Shown one piece after another: positions 7,754-15,962 of a DNA stretch of 64,000 nucleotides (position 1 is its first letter; every line of letters begins with the position of its first letter). The stretch is from Chthoniobacterales bacterium (GTDB lineage Bacteria; Verrucomicrobiota; Verrucomicrobiia; Chthoniobacterales; DASVRZ01): contig JBBRPA010000004.1 in assembly GCA_038228695.1 (NCBI GenBank), positions 18,318 through 82,317 of the forward strand. The letters are read 5' to 3'. A program made the position numbers and the translations under genes. Under the pieces are notes generated by a model. It saw only the letters and a program-made list of their open reading frames with translations, did no database searches and was not told where the DNA came from.

Positions 7754-8015
7754 ACAAGTCCAGCAATGGTTGATTGCCCTGCCGCCTGAGACCAGACACC
7801 GGGTTCGACTCGCTCTCCGCGCACTCGCCAGCAAAGGAAGCGGAGACATCAAGGCATTGGCGGGGCCATTGGAAGGTTACAACCGTCTGCGGATTGGTGG
7901 ATTGAGGCTCATCTATCAGCAGATTTCTACCCGCGAGATCAAACTGGAATACGCCAACACGCGGGATGTGATCTACGAACTCTACCAGCAGTTTCTTTCC
8001 GAACGGGAAACGTAG
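7731..8015 (+). CDS. type II toxin, RelE/ParE family
   Basis: ATG at 7731 ('MTKISASRQVQQW') overlaps the antitoxin 3' end by 23 nt. 'LAGPLEGYNRLRIGGLRLIYQQISTREIKLEYANTRDVIYE' fits RelE/ParE. Confidence 0.85.
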   Translation: MTKISASRQVQQWLIALPPETRHRVRLALRALASKGSGDIKALAGPLEGYNRLRIGGLRLIYQQISTREIKLEYANTRDVIYELYQQFLSERET

Positions 8016-8110
8016 GTTTACGTGCTTGCCAAAACAAACGAAAAGCCTCGTTTTTCCCTTCAATTACGGGATGAATCCGGCTAATGCTTGGCTTCAACCA
8101 AGGAGTCGTA

Positions 8111-8498
8111 TATGCCCCACGTCAGAGTCTTAGTCGGAACCAAAAAAGGAGCCTTCATCCTCACCTCGGATGAGGCGCGGAAGGAATGGCAAGTCAGCGA
8201 ACCCCTCTTTGCCGGATGGGAAATGTATCACCTGAAAGGCTCGCCCGTGAACCCCGACCGCATCTACGCCTCGCAGACCAGCGGTTGGTTTGGACAGCAA
8301 ATGCAACGCTCCGACGATGGCGGGAAGACTTGGGAAAAGGTCGGCAGCGTCTTTGAATACGAAGGAACAACGAGCACGCACCAGTGGTATGACGGCACGC
8401 AACATCCGTGGGAATTCAAACGCATCTGGCACCTCGAACCCTCCCTCACCGACGCCAACACCGGTTCTGCCAGCGAGGTCTTCATAAAGGCAATCTAA
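8111..8498 (+). pseudogene. N-terminal fragment of a BNR/Asp-box (sialidase-like) repeat protein
   Basis: '[26 protein letters not shown]...[14 protein letters not shown]' contains an Asp-box. The ORF ends after ~129 aa with an unrelated tail ('[13 protein letters not shown]'), only 43 nt from the converging exonuclease gene. As I recall, family members are about three times longer. Confidence 0.65.
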
Positions 8499-8541
8499 CT
8501 AAGTTAGACTTAGGCGTAAAGGTCGAACCTATCCATTTACC

Positions 8542-9483
8542 TCAGAATGAAAACTCGCCCTGATTTTTAGAGGGAGCGGGGATGGGTTGGCCGACCTGCA
8601 CCACTTTGGCGGCTTCGGTTTCGATCTCGGTGGTGAGGCCTTTGAATTCGCAGTCGCGCATGGCGGCGATCCACGCTGGGTAGTCGGGGGCGATGGTGAG
8701 GGTGTCGAGGGGCGCGGGGAGGGGGAGGTCGAGGTCGAGGCGGACCATTTCGCGGTTTTGTTCGATCTGACTGCGGGCGGCGGTTATTTTTTCGCGGAGC
8801 TTTTCGTTGGGGATTCTGGCGGTGCTCGCGAGGAGGCTGTCGAGGTTGCCGAATTGCTGGATAAGGGTGGTGGCGGTCTTGGGGCCGATGCCGGGGACGC
8901 CGGGGATGTTATCGACGCTGTCGCCGATGAGGGCGAGGATGTCGCCGATTTGCGGAGGTGCGACGCCCCATTTTTTGAGGACGGCTTCGGGGCCGAGGAG
9001 GGCGTGCGGGTCGGTGGGCTGGGCGAGGTCGGTTTTATTCGTGGAATAGACGTGAACGCGGGGGCCGACGAGTTGGAAGAGGTCTTTATCGTTGGTGGCG
9101 AGGATGGTTTCGTGGCCCAAATCGCGGGCAAAGACGGCGTAGGAGGCCATGAGGTCGTCGGCTTCGGTGGCGGCGAGGCCGAGGCTGGCGAGGCCCATGG
9201 TGGATACCAAATCGCGAATGAAACCGAGCTGGGGGATCATGTCGCTGGGCATCTCGGTGCGCTGGGCTTTGTATTCGGGTTGGAGCGCGGTGCGACGCTC
9301 CGGCAGGCCTTCGTCCCAGACGACGGCGGCGTAGTCGGGCTGGAGGTCTTTGAGCATTTTCCGGACGGTTTTGACAAAGCCGTAGATGGCGTTGACGGGT
9401 TTTCCCGCTGCGGTGCTGAGGCCGCGAATGGCGAAAAAGGAGCGATAGACGTAGTAGTGCCCGTCGATGAGGAGGAGGCGCAT
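8542..9483 (-). CDS. stand-alone 5'-3' exonuclease (Pol I N-terminal/FEN family)
   Basis: 313-aa ORF with 'LLLIDGHYYVYRSFFA', 'ATEADDLMAS' and H3TH 'DNIPGVPGIGPKTA'. Confidence 0.9.
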   Translation of the reverse strand: MRLLLIDGHYYVYRSFFAIRGLSTAAGKPVNAIYGFVKTVRKMLKDLQPDYAAVVWDEGLPERRTALQPEYKAQRTEMPSDMIPQLGFIRDLVSTMGLASLGLAATEADDLMASYAVFARDLGHETILATNDKDLFQLVGPRVHVYSTNKTDLAQPTDPHALLGPEAVLKKWGVAPPQIGDILALIGDSVDNIPGVPGIGPKTATTLIQQFGNLDSLLASTARIPNEKLREKITAARSQIEQNREMVRLDLDLPLPAPLDTLTIAPDYPAWIAAMRDCEFKGLTTEIETEAAKVVQVGQPIPAPSKNQGEFSF

Positions 9484-9509
9484 GCTAATTTTTAGAAGGG
9501 GAAGAGGTG

Positions 9510-9590
9510 TCCACAGATTGACACAGATTTAACAGATTTTTTTCGGATGTGGTTGCTCTTGAATCTGTGAAATCTGTGTCAATTTGTGGA
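9510..9590. repeat. large imperfect palindrome built from ACAGATT heptamer repeats (REP-like)
   Basis: The 29-nt arms are 9510-9538 (tccacagattgacacagatttaacagatt) and 9562-9590, whose reverse complement differs at 2 positions. The spacer is 23 nt. Each arm holds three ACAGATT units 9-11 nt apart. Confidence 0.85.
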
Positions 9591-9611
9591 TAAAGTTTTT
9601 GGAAAAGCGAT

Positions 9612-10235
9612 TTAAGGAACGGGGTTGATGGAGGCGGTGCCTTCGAGGCCGACTTGGCCGACGATGTTGGCGGTGATGAGGTAGGTGTTGCCCGCGGTCA
9701 TGGAGCGGGTGGGGATGTTTTCGTCGTATTCGAGGCGTTCACCGGGGTTGATGGTGAGGACGCTGACTTCGTTGGCGGCATTGCGATCGGTCGAGTAGGT
9801 GTAGAGAATTTTGCCGTCGATATTGCGGGCGACGATTTCGAAGCGCTGGCTAGTGGGGAAGGTGAGGCTGACGAGGGTGTTGGTGTAGTTGGTGACGAGG
9901 ACTCGAATGGGAAGCTGGCTGGCGCTGCGGAGGGACGGGGCGTTGCTTTCCAGTTCGACGGTGACTTGCAGGCCCGATTTACGAGGTGCGGTGGATTTTT
10001 CTCCCCAGCCGAAGGGGTTAACGACGCGGGAGACAAGGCTGCGTTTCGGTTCGGGAGTGAATGCGGCGGCGGTGGCGGAAGGTGCCGGAGCAGCGTCTTT
10101 TTTTGCGAATGGATGCAGCAATTTCCAGCCGAGGCCGTGTTCGCCCGGGGGTTTGTATTTTGGCGTCTTCGGTTCGGTGGAACAAGCGGCTAACGAGAGG
10201 AGCAGAAGGGCGAGGAGCGAAAGGCGGTTTTGCAT
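9612..10235 (-). CDS. lipoprotein, possibly with a BsuPI-like (proteinase-inhibitor fold) domain
   Basis: ATG at 10235 gives 'MQNRLSLLALLLLSLAACS' (lipobox). The beta-rich C-terminal domain assignment is tentative. The longer ORF to 10526 is rejected. Confidence 0.7.
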   Translation of the reverse strand: MQNRLSLLALLLLSLAACSTEPKTPKYKPPGEHGLGWKLLHPFAKKDAAPAPSATAAAFTPEPKRSLVSRVVNPFGWGEKSTAPRKSGLQVTVELESNAPSLRSASQLPIRVLVTNYTNTLVSLTFPTSQRFEIVARNIDGKILYTYSTDRNAANEVSVLTINPGERLEYDENIPTRSMTAGNTYLITANIVGQVGLEGTASINPVP

Positions 10236-10298
10236 TCCTCTCGGATACACAAATGGGTTCGAGGTTGCAATGGACTTCGATTTGGGGGAGAACAAGGC

Positions 10299-10784
10299 AT
10301 GCGTCGTTTTCCTGTCCTGCTCCTCGTGGCCGCGCTTGGCTTGGGTTCTGTGGCCGGGGCGAAGAAGAAGCCCGCGGTCACGGTTCGTTTCTACGCGGAA
10401 GTGAACGAGGACAATGGCGACGTCTTCGGCACCACCGTTCCGCTTCTTGACGGATCGGGCTCGATTCGCGTCTCGAAAGTTGCCACGATCTCCGAGCAAG
10501 ACATCACCAGTTTTTCCCCGTTCCAAAACACCGACGGATCGATCGGAGTTTACTTAAATCTCGACGATCACGGGAAATTTTTGCTCGAAACGCTGAGCAT
10601 GGAGCAACGCGGCAAGGTGGTCATCGCGCTCGTCAACGGACGGCATGTGACCGATCTGCTTATCGACAAACGCATCAGTGACGGCATCGCCGTCATTCCC
10701 TCGGGACTCACCCCCGAAGACCTTGACGCCATGCGGAAAACCCTCAAACTTCGCGAACTGTCGGGTCCATCCCCGGCCCGCTAG
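10299..10784 (+). CDS. secreted protein resembling the SecD/SecF P1-head domain
   Basis: ATG at 10299 gives the signal peptide 'MRRFPVLLLVAALGLGSVAGA'. 'GKVVIALVNGRHVTDLLIDKRISDGIAVIPSGLTPEDLDAM' resembles the SecD head pattern (from memory). Confidence 0.6.
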   Translation: MRRFPVLLLVAALGLGSVAGAKKKPAVTVRFYAEVNEDNGDVFGTTVPLLDGSGSIRVSKVATISEQDITSFSPFQNTDGSIGVYLNLDDHGKFLLETLSMEQRGKVVIALVNGRHVTDLLIDKRISDGIAVIPSGLTPEDLDAMRKTLKLRELSGPSPAR

Positions 10785-10874
10785 TTCGTCGCGCCGTGTC
10801 GCCGAATCGTCACTTGACCGGCCCGCATCGTCGTCGTTCTTGGAATCCGTCCCGCTCCGCCTGACGCGCCGTCC

Positions 10875-12632
10875 ATGTATCTTTACGTTCCAGATAAAAT
10901 TAAAAATCCGAAGCGTCTGGCGCTGTTGATCGGATTGGGCGCGGTCTTCATCATGCTCGCTGTCGTCTTGGGTCCACGATTTTATGATCGCTGGCAAATT
11001 CACCAACTGATGAAGGAGGCGAAGTCCAAATTGGGTGCTGGCCAGCTTCGCGAAGGTATCACACCGCTGATCAAGATCATCAGCATCAACCCCAAAAACG
11101 TTGTCGCCCAGCGCATGGTCTCCGATGCCGCCGAAAAACTCGGCGCGCCCGACGCCCTCGACTTTCGCGAGAAAGCCCTCGAAATCGAACCCAACTCGCT
11201 CGAAGACGCCGTCCGGCTGACCATTGGCGCACTGGCTTTTGAAAAAATTCCGATTGCCGAGAAAGGTCTCGCGCTCATCCGGAAACATCCCGAGGCCCCA
11301 CTGGGTCTTCTCCCGGGATTACAGGCGCAGTTGGCCCTATTGCAGGGAAACGAGCGCGAGGCCGGGAAGCAGTTTGTCGAAGCACTGCGGCATAAACCAC
11401 GCGACCCGGATTTACTCCTCAACCTCGCAATTTTGCAGGTGGACTCGGGCACCGATGACGAGCGCGCTTCCGCCCGGAAAATCCTCCAAGAGGCCCGGAA
11501 CGCCCCACCATTCCGCCTCCGAGCCCTTCGCGGGTTGCTTCGAGATGCCATCGCCCGGAAAGATTCCTTCGACTCGTTCGCGCTGGCCGATGAATTGGTC
11601 CTCGAAAAAAAGGCCACTTTTGCGGATCGCCTAGAGCGTCTTTCCTTGCTCCGCGAGAGCAAAGATCTCGCCTTTAAGTCCTACCTCGAGACCCTGCAAA
11701 AGGAGGCTGCTCAAAGTTACCTGGGGATGAACCAAATGGTGCGCTGGGTTGCCCGCAACGATGTCCCAGACGAGGCGCGGGATTGGGTCAACCGCTTGCC
11801 CACGCAGTATCTGACCAAGCCTCCACTGGCCCAATCCGTCGCGGAGGTTTACGCAAAAATGGGTAATTGGCAGTCCCTTTCCGACCTCACTTTGGGTGAA
11901 AATTGGAACGACTTCGATTATGCTCGGCTCGCTTACCTCAGCATGGCTCAGGCGCAGACCGGTCGGCGGGAATTTTCCCGCGATTCGTGGACTCAAAGTC
12001 TCGATCTCGCCCGGGGGAATCTCGTTCGGGTGCAACTCCTGTTGACCATCGCAGAAAGCCAGGACTGGGAGGACGATCGTATCGACCTGCTCTGGCAGAT
12101 GGCCGATCTTTCGCCGACCCCGGCGGACATCTTGCAAACCCTGCGCGATTATCATTGGGAGCATCGCCAGACCCGCCTGGCTTGGGAAGCGTGCGAACGC
12201 CTGATCAAACTCGGGGTGGCTGGCCCGGAGATCGAGGCAGACTGGCTCCATCTTGCCCTGCTCCAAGGAAAAATACCCGAGCGCGCTTTGGCTGCGGCGG
12301 AGGAAAATTGGCGGAAAAATCCGGGGTCATCTCTCGACGCTGCGCGACTCGCCCTCGCCCGGTTGCGCCAAGGACGATTTCCGGAGGCTTATTTCCTTTT
12401 GCGAAATCTTCCCGCGGCTGAGCGTTCCGAACCTTCCGTAGCCTCCTACTATGGAATGGCTGGCGCGGCTCTTGGTGACCCCGACGCGGGGCGTTTTTTG
12501 AATCTCGGGCTTGGTCTGCCGCTGTTTCCTGAGGAAGCCGTGCTGGTGCGCGCGGCCCGGCGGAGGCTCGGTCAGGACTGGCTGCCAGAGGCGTTCGCGC
12601 TTCGGGCGGAAACGATCCTTCGGCAAAACTGA
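10875..12632 (+). CDS. membrane-anchored TPR-repeat protein
   Basis: 585-aa ORF with an N-terminal TM helix ('LALLIGLGAVFIMLAVVLG') followed by helical repeat sequence. Confidence 0.75.
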   Translation: MYLYVPDKIKNPKRLALLIGLGAVFIMLAVVLGPRFYDRWQIHQLMKEAKSKLGAGQLREGITPLIKIISINPKNVVAQRMVSDAAEKLGAPDALDFREKALEIEPNSLEDAVRLTIGALAFEKIPIAEKGLALIRKHPEAPLGLLPGLQAQLALLQGNEREAGKQFVEALRHKPRDPDLLLNLAILQVDSGTDDERASARKILQEARNAPPFRLRALRGLLRDAIARKDSFDSFALADELVLEKKATFADRLERLSLLRESKDLAFKSYLETLQKEAAQSYLGMNQMVRWVARNDVPDEARDWVNRLPTQYLTKPPLAQSVAEVYAKMGNWQSLSDLTLGENWNDFDYARLAYLSMAQAQTGRREFSRDSWTQSLDLARGNLVRVQLLLTIAESQDWEDDRIDLLWQMADLSPTPADILQTLRDYHWEHRQTRLAWEACERLIKLGVAGPEIEADWLHLALLQGKIPERALAAAEENWRKNPGSSLDAARLALARLRQGRFPEAYFLLRNLPAAERSEPSVASYYGMAGAALGDPDAGRFLNLGLGLPLFPEEAVLVRAARRRLGQDWLPEAFALRAETILRQN

Positions 12633-12636
12633 TCGT

Positions 12637-13023
12637 TCAATAGCGATACGGAGCCGGTAGAACGAAGGCGTCGCGCACAATCGTGATGAGGGGAGCGGGT
12701 TGATCCATTACGACTTCGACCACATCGAAACGAAACGGGACCTCCTTGTCGTCGAGCATCCGGAGCCAGGCGAGGGCGCCCTTGGCGATGAAGACTTGCT
12801 TGTCATGATCGACAGCAGAGATGGGGCGTCCGTATTTTTCCGAAGCCCGGGTTTTCACCTCGATGAAGACGAGTTTTTGCTCGTGGCGATCGCGGCAGAT
12901 GATGTCCACCTCGCCGCCGTGGGGCGCTCGGAAATTGCGATGAAGCACTTGGTAACCGTTTCGCCGGAGATGGCGCGCGGCGAGTTTTTCCCCAAGTCGG
13001 CCGAGCTCAAGATGGGGTGCCAT
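12637..13023 (-). CDS. yraN: YraN family (UPF0102) endonuclease-like protein
   Basis: 'LGRLGEKLAARHLRRNGYQVLHRNFRAPHGGEVDIICRD...LVFIEVKTR'. ATG at 13023 is preferred; the ORF extends to 13089. Overlaps the rnhB 3' end. Confidence 0.8.
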   Translation of the reverse strand: MAPHLELGRLGEKLAARHLRRNGYQVLHRNFRAPHGGEVDIICRDRHEQKLVFIEVKTRASEKYGRPISAVDHDKQVFIAKGALAWLRMLDDKEVPFRFDVVEVVMDQPAPLITIVRDAFVLPAPYRY

Positions 13024-13636
13024 CTCCGAGGGCGAGCCAGCATTGGGCCACCGGAGCAAACGAGCGACGATGGATCGGACTCGGTCCATGGAGTCGGAGA
13101 CTAGCGAGATGGGCCGGGGTTGGGTAGCCTTTATTTCGCCGAAAATCGTATACCGGAAACTGCTCGTGCCACTCGCGCATGATGCGGTCGCGGGTGACTT
13201 TAGCGATGACGCTGGCGGCGGCGATGCTCAGGCTGAGAGCGTCGCCCCCAACAAGGGCCGTCTGGGCAAAGGGGAAAGGTCGCACGGGCAGACCGTCGAT
13301 CAGGGTGTGATCCGGTTGTAACGCGGCGGCAGCGCGCCGCATCCCTTCGTGGGTAGCGCGGAGGATGTTGAGTCGGTCGATTTCGTCCGGCTCGATCTGG
13401 ATGACCGCCCAGTGGACGTCGTCGCGGGCAGTCAGGTCAGCAAAAATCGTCTCTCGCAGGTTCTCGCTGAGTTTTTTCGAGTCGTTCAGGGTGCGATGAC
13501 GGAACCTCGCTGGGAGAATAACCGCTGCGACCACCACCGGTCCGGCGAGGGGACCGCGGCCAGCCTCATCGATTCCGGCAACGCGCAAATGGCCGAGCCG
13601 GCGCTGGCGGTTTTCATGTGCTAGGGAGCAGACCAT
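13007..13636 (-). CDS. rnhB: ribonuclease HII
   Basis: 209-aa ORF with 'VAGIDEAGRGPLAGPVVVAAV' and 'DSKKLS'. Confidence 0.92.
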   Translation of the reverse strand: MVCSLAHENRQRRLGHLRVAGIDEAGRGPLAGPVVVAAVILPARFRHRTLNDSKKLSENLRETIFADLTARDDVHWAVIQIEPDEIDRLNILRATHEGMRRAAAALQPDHTLIDGLPVRPFPFAQTALVGGDALSLSIAAASVIAKVTRDRIMREWHEQFPVYDFRRNKGYPTPAHLASLRLHGPSPIHRRSFAPVAQCWLALGDGTPS

Positions 13637-13644
13637 CAGTTGAG

Positions 13645-13686
13645 AAAAACAAAAAAGGCCGGGTTTTTGAAGCCCAGCCTTTTTTA
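13645..13686 (-). terminator. rho-independent terminator-like hairpin after rplS
   Basis: The stem AGGCCGGG / CCCAGCCT has one mismatch and is flanked by A/T runs on both sides, giving a T-run on the minus strand downstream of the stem. Confidence 0.55.
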
Positions 13687-13703
13687 TTGGTGAAAAACTC
13701 GGA

Positions 13704-14054
13704 TCAAGCCGCTCTTTGTTTCACGGTCATCGCTTGCTTGCCTTTACGGTCGCGCAGGTAGTTCAATTTGGCGCGGCGCACGCTGCCTTGGCGCTCGACC
13801 TCGACCTTGGCGATGCGGGGCGAGTGGAGTGGGAATACCCGCTCGACGCCTTCACCGTAAGAAATGCGGCGGACGGTGAACATGGCGTTTAGCCCGCGAC
13901 CTTTTCGGCCGATGACGATGCCAGCAAAAATCTGGATACGCTCTTTGTCGCCTTCGACGACGCGGGTGTGGACTTTCACACTGTCTCCCACGCGGAAGTC
14001 GGTAACGTCGGTCTTGAATTGTTCCTGCTCAATCTTGTCGATAATCGTGCTCAT
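13704..14054 (-). CDS. rplS: 50S ribosomal protein L19
   Basis: 116-aa ORF with '[60 protein letters not shown]'. Confidence 0.95.
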   Translation of the reverse strand: MSTIIDKIEQEQFKTDVTDFRVGDSVKVHTRVVEGDKERIQIFAGIVIGRKGRGLNAMFTVRRISYGEGVERVFPLHSPRIAKVEVERQGSVRRAKLNYLRDRKGKQAMTVKQRAA

Positions 14055-14175
14055 AAATTAGCCTCCTCGGTTACGAAGGGCAGAATAACTACCTGTTCCG
14101 CGCCGGAACGCAAATGAAAACTTCTCTGGGAAGACTTCACTTGTTCACCCCGGCGAAATAATTTAATCTCGAATC

Positions 14176-15132
14176 TTGAACTCTAACCTGACTGCGGAGG
14201 ACTACGCGATTCTCTATCGATTTTCCGTCGCTCTAGCCGGGGTGAACGAGGAGGCGGAGCAGTTGGTTCACGACGTTTTGGAGGAAAAACTGACGCGGGC
14301 GGCCGATCTTCCCCCTCAGAAAGCGCTGTTGGAGTTGCTGAAGGCGATCTGGCAGCAAAAGCCCGAGCCGGCCGGCGACGCGCCGATCAGCAATCTTCCC
14401 CCTCAATTCCAATGGATGAAAACTCGCGATCGCGCGGTCAATACTCTGGGTGGGTTCGGACGGTTCTCCGATCTGGAAATCGAATCCATCTGCGGAGACA
14501 ACGGCACGCCCGGCACTTTGCCGGACAAAATCGCGATGCTCCCGGAGAAACTCGCTGCCACGCTCGAATCGATCGTGGTTTCACCCGAGTTGTTGAAGCG
14601 CTTTGCCGTCACCGCGCAGGGGATTCACCCTCCGTTCCGGCTCGTCAGTCCGCTGGGGATTGCGTTGCTCTTCGCCGCGATCGTCTCCGTCACGGTTATT
14701 TTCTGGGTCTGGCGCGACTGGCATTCCAAGGCTGATGAGATTTTAGCCCACAAATTTCTCGATGCGGCCGTGGGTATGCCCCCGGAAAAACTCGAACCGG
14801 TCGATGCAACAATCGCCGAAGTATCCGACACGCTTTATCTGAAATACGGTCTGGAAAATTATCCCATCCCACCAGCCTTTGCAGGAATTCGGGCCTCCCG
14901 CCTCGGAGTGGGCCGGATCGACGGGCATCCCGTGGTGCAGATCCAACTGCGGGATTCTGGCGCTCTCCTCATGCTCTTTCGCGGGGAGGATTTCGGCCTC
15001 GGGTCGGACTACGATTGGCAAACTGCCTCCATCGCTGGCTGGTCCCTCGCCATGCGCACCGAGAATCAGCAAGGTCAGGTGCTCACCCTGAAGGGAACTG
15101 AGGAGCAACTCCGCTCCGTTTTTCCCAAATAA
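14176..15132 (+). CDS. hypothetical single-pass membrane protein with an ECF-sigma region-2-like N-terminus (anti-sigma-like architecture)
   Basis: 318-aa ORF with a TTG start. 'ILYRFSVALAGVNEEAEQLVHDVLEEKL' resembles sigma-70 region 2. There is a TM helix 'LGIALLFAAIVSVTVIFWVW' and a C-terminal extracytoplasmic domain. Confidence 0.6.
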   Translation: MNSNLTAEDYAILYRFSVALAGVNEEAEQLVHDVLEEKLTRAADLPPQKALLELLKAIWQQKPEPAGDAPISNLPPQFQWMKTRDRAVNTLGGFGRFSDLEIESICGDNGTPGTLPDKIAMLPEKLAATLESIVVSPELLKRFAVTAQGIHPPFRLVSPLGIALLFAAIVSVTVIFWVWRDWHSKADEILAHKFLDAAVGMPPEKLEPVDATIAEVSDTLYLKYGLENYPIPPAFAGIRASRLGVGRIDGHPVVQIQLRDSGALLMLFRGEDFGLGSDYDWQTASIAGWSLAMRTENQQGQVLTLKGTEEQLRSVFPK

Positions 15133-15192
15133 ATTCCGCTCTAAACCCCGCTCCGTCCGCCTCACACTCAATCACCCATTTTTCAACCCACC

Positions 15193-15936
15193 ATGCACCG
15201 CTTCCATATACCCGCCGCTGACTGGAATCCCGACCAGCTCGTTCTTAATCCCGAAGAATCACATCACGCTCTCGACGTCCTTCGCCTCGCGGTAGGGCAG
15301 CGTGTCGTGGTCTTCAATGGCGAGGGTGTTGAGAGCACCGCCGAGATTGTTGCCGCAGAGAAAAACGCCGTCCGCCTCAAAGCGCTTCAGACCGGTAAAA
15401 CTCCGCGTTTGAAGGCCGCCATTACCCTTGGCCAAGCCGTGCCCAAGGGCAAAAACATGGACCTCATCGTCCAAAAAGCGACTGAGCTGGGGGCCGCAGT
15501 CATCGCTCCGCTCCTTTCCGAGCGCACCGTCGTGCAAATCGATACAGACGATTCGGAAAAGAAACGGACCAAATGGCAAGAGGTCGTCATTGAGGCCGCC
15601 AAGCAATGCGGACAGAACTGGCTCCCTCGCGTCACCCGGCCACTCAGCCCGAAGGCATTCTTCGAGCAGGGTAACCGTTACGACCTGATGCTTGTTGCAT
15701 CGCTCCAACCCGATGCCCGTCCCTTGAAATCCGTTCTCGCCGAGGTGGAAAAAGAAACCGGTAAACCGCCCGCCAGCGTTCTTATTCTCGTCGGGCCAGA
15801 GGGCGATTTCACCCCTGCGGAAATGGCGCTGGCGAAAAGCCATGGCTGCCGTCCGATCACCCTTGGCCCGATCGTTTTGCGAACCGAGACGGCCAGTTTC
15901 TACTGTCTGAGCGTGCTCGCTCACGAGTTGTTCTAA
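15193..15936 (+). CDS. rsmE: 16S rRNA (uracil1498-N3)-methyltransferase
   Basis: 247-aa ORF with 'HRFHIP', 'ESHHALDVLRL', 'LVGPEGDFTPAE' and 'ITLGPIVLRTETA'. Confidence 0.9.
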   Translation: MHRFHIPAADWNPDQLVLNPEESHHALDVLRLAVGQRVVVFNGEGVESTAEIVAAEKNAVRLKALQTGKTPRLKAAITLGQAVPKGKNMDLIVQKATELGAAVIAPLLSERTVVQIDTDDSEKKRTKWQEVVIEAAKQCGQNWLPRVTRPLSPKAFFEQGNRYDLMLVASLQPDARPLKSVLAEVEKETGKPPASVLILVGPEGDFTPAEMALAKSHGCRPITLGPIVLRTETASFYCLSVLAHELF

Positions 15937-15962
15937 AACTTTTTTCGGAGCAGAATCGGCCG

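Noticed and set aside
1903-8500. An intact integrative element or prophage in the accessory patch.
   Set aside because: No integrase, excisionase, transposase, conjugation or phage structural gene is recognisable on either strand. Only the repeat scars and cargo genes remain.
8587-9495. Long antisense or alternative-frame ORFs opposite strongly supported genes. Examples: 8587-9495 (302 aa), 838-1932 (364 aa), 27250-28308 (352 aa), 57627-59465 (612 aa), 32522-33793 (423 aa), 42818-43771, 19823-20971, 35060-35974, 10554-11288.
   Set aside because: Each lies opposite to, or out of frame with, an ORF carrying unmistakable family motifs (exonuclease, cysI, leuB, pgk/gap, M32 and others). Their translations are low-complexity Gly/Ala/Arg/Asp-rich strings, typical of shadow ORFs in GC-rich DNA.
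9510-9590. CRISPR array.
   Set aside because: The repeated units are 7-mers only 9-11 nt apart and arranged as an inverted repeat. There are no 25-40-nt direct repeats with unique spacers here or anywhere else in the window, and no cas genes.
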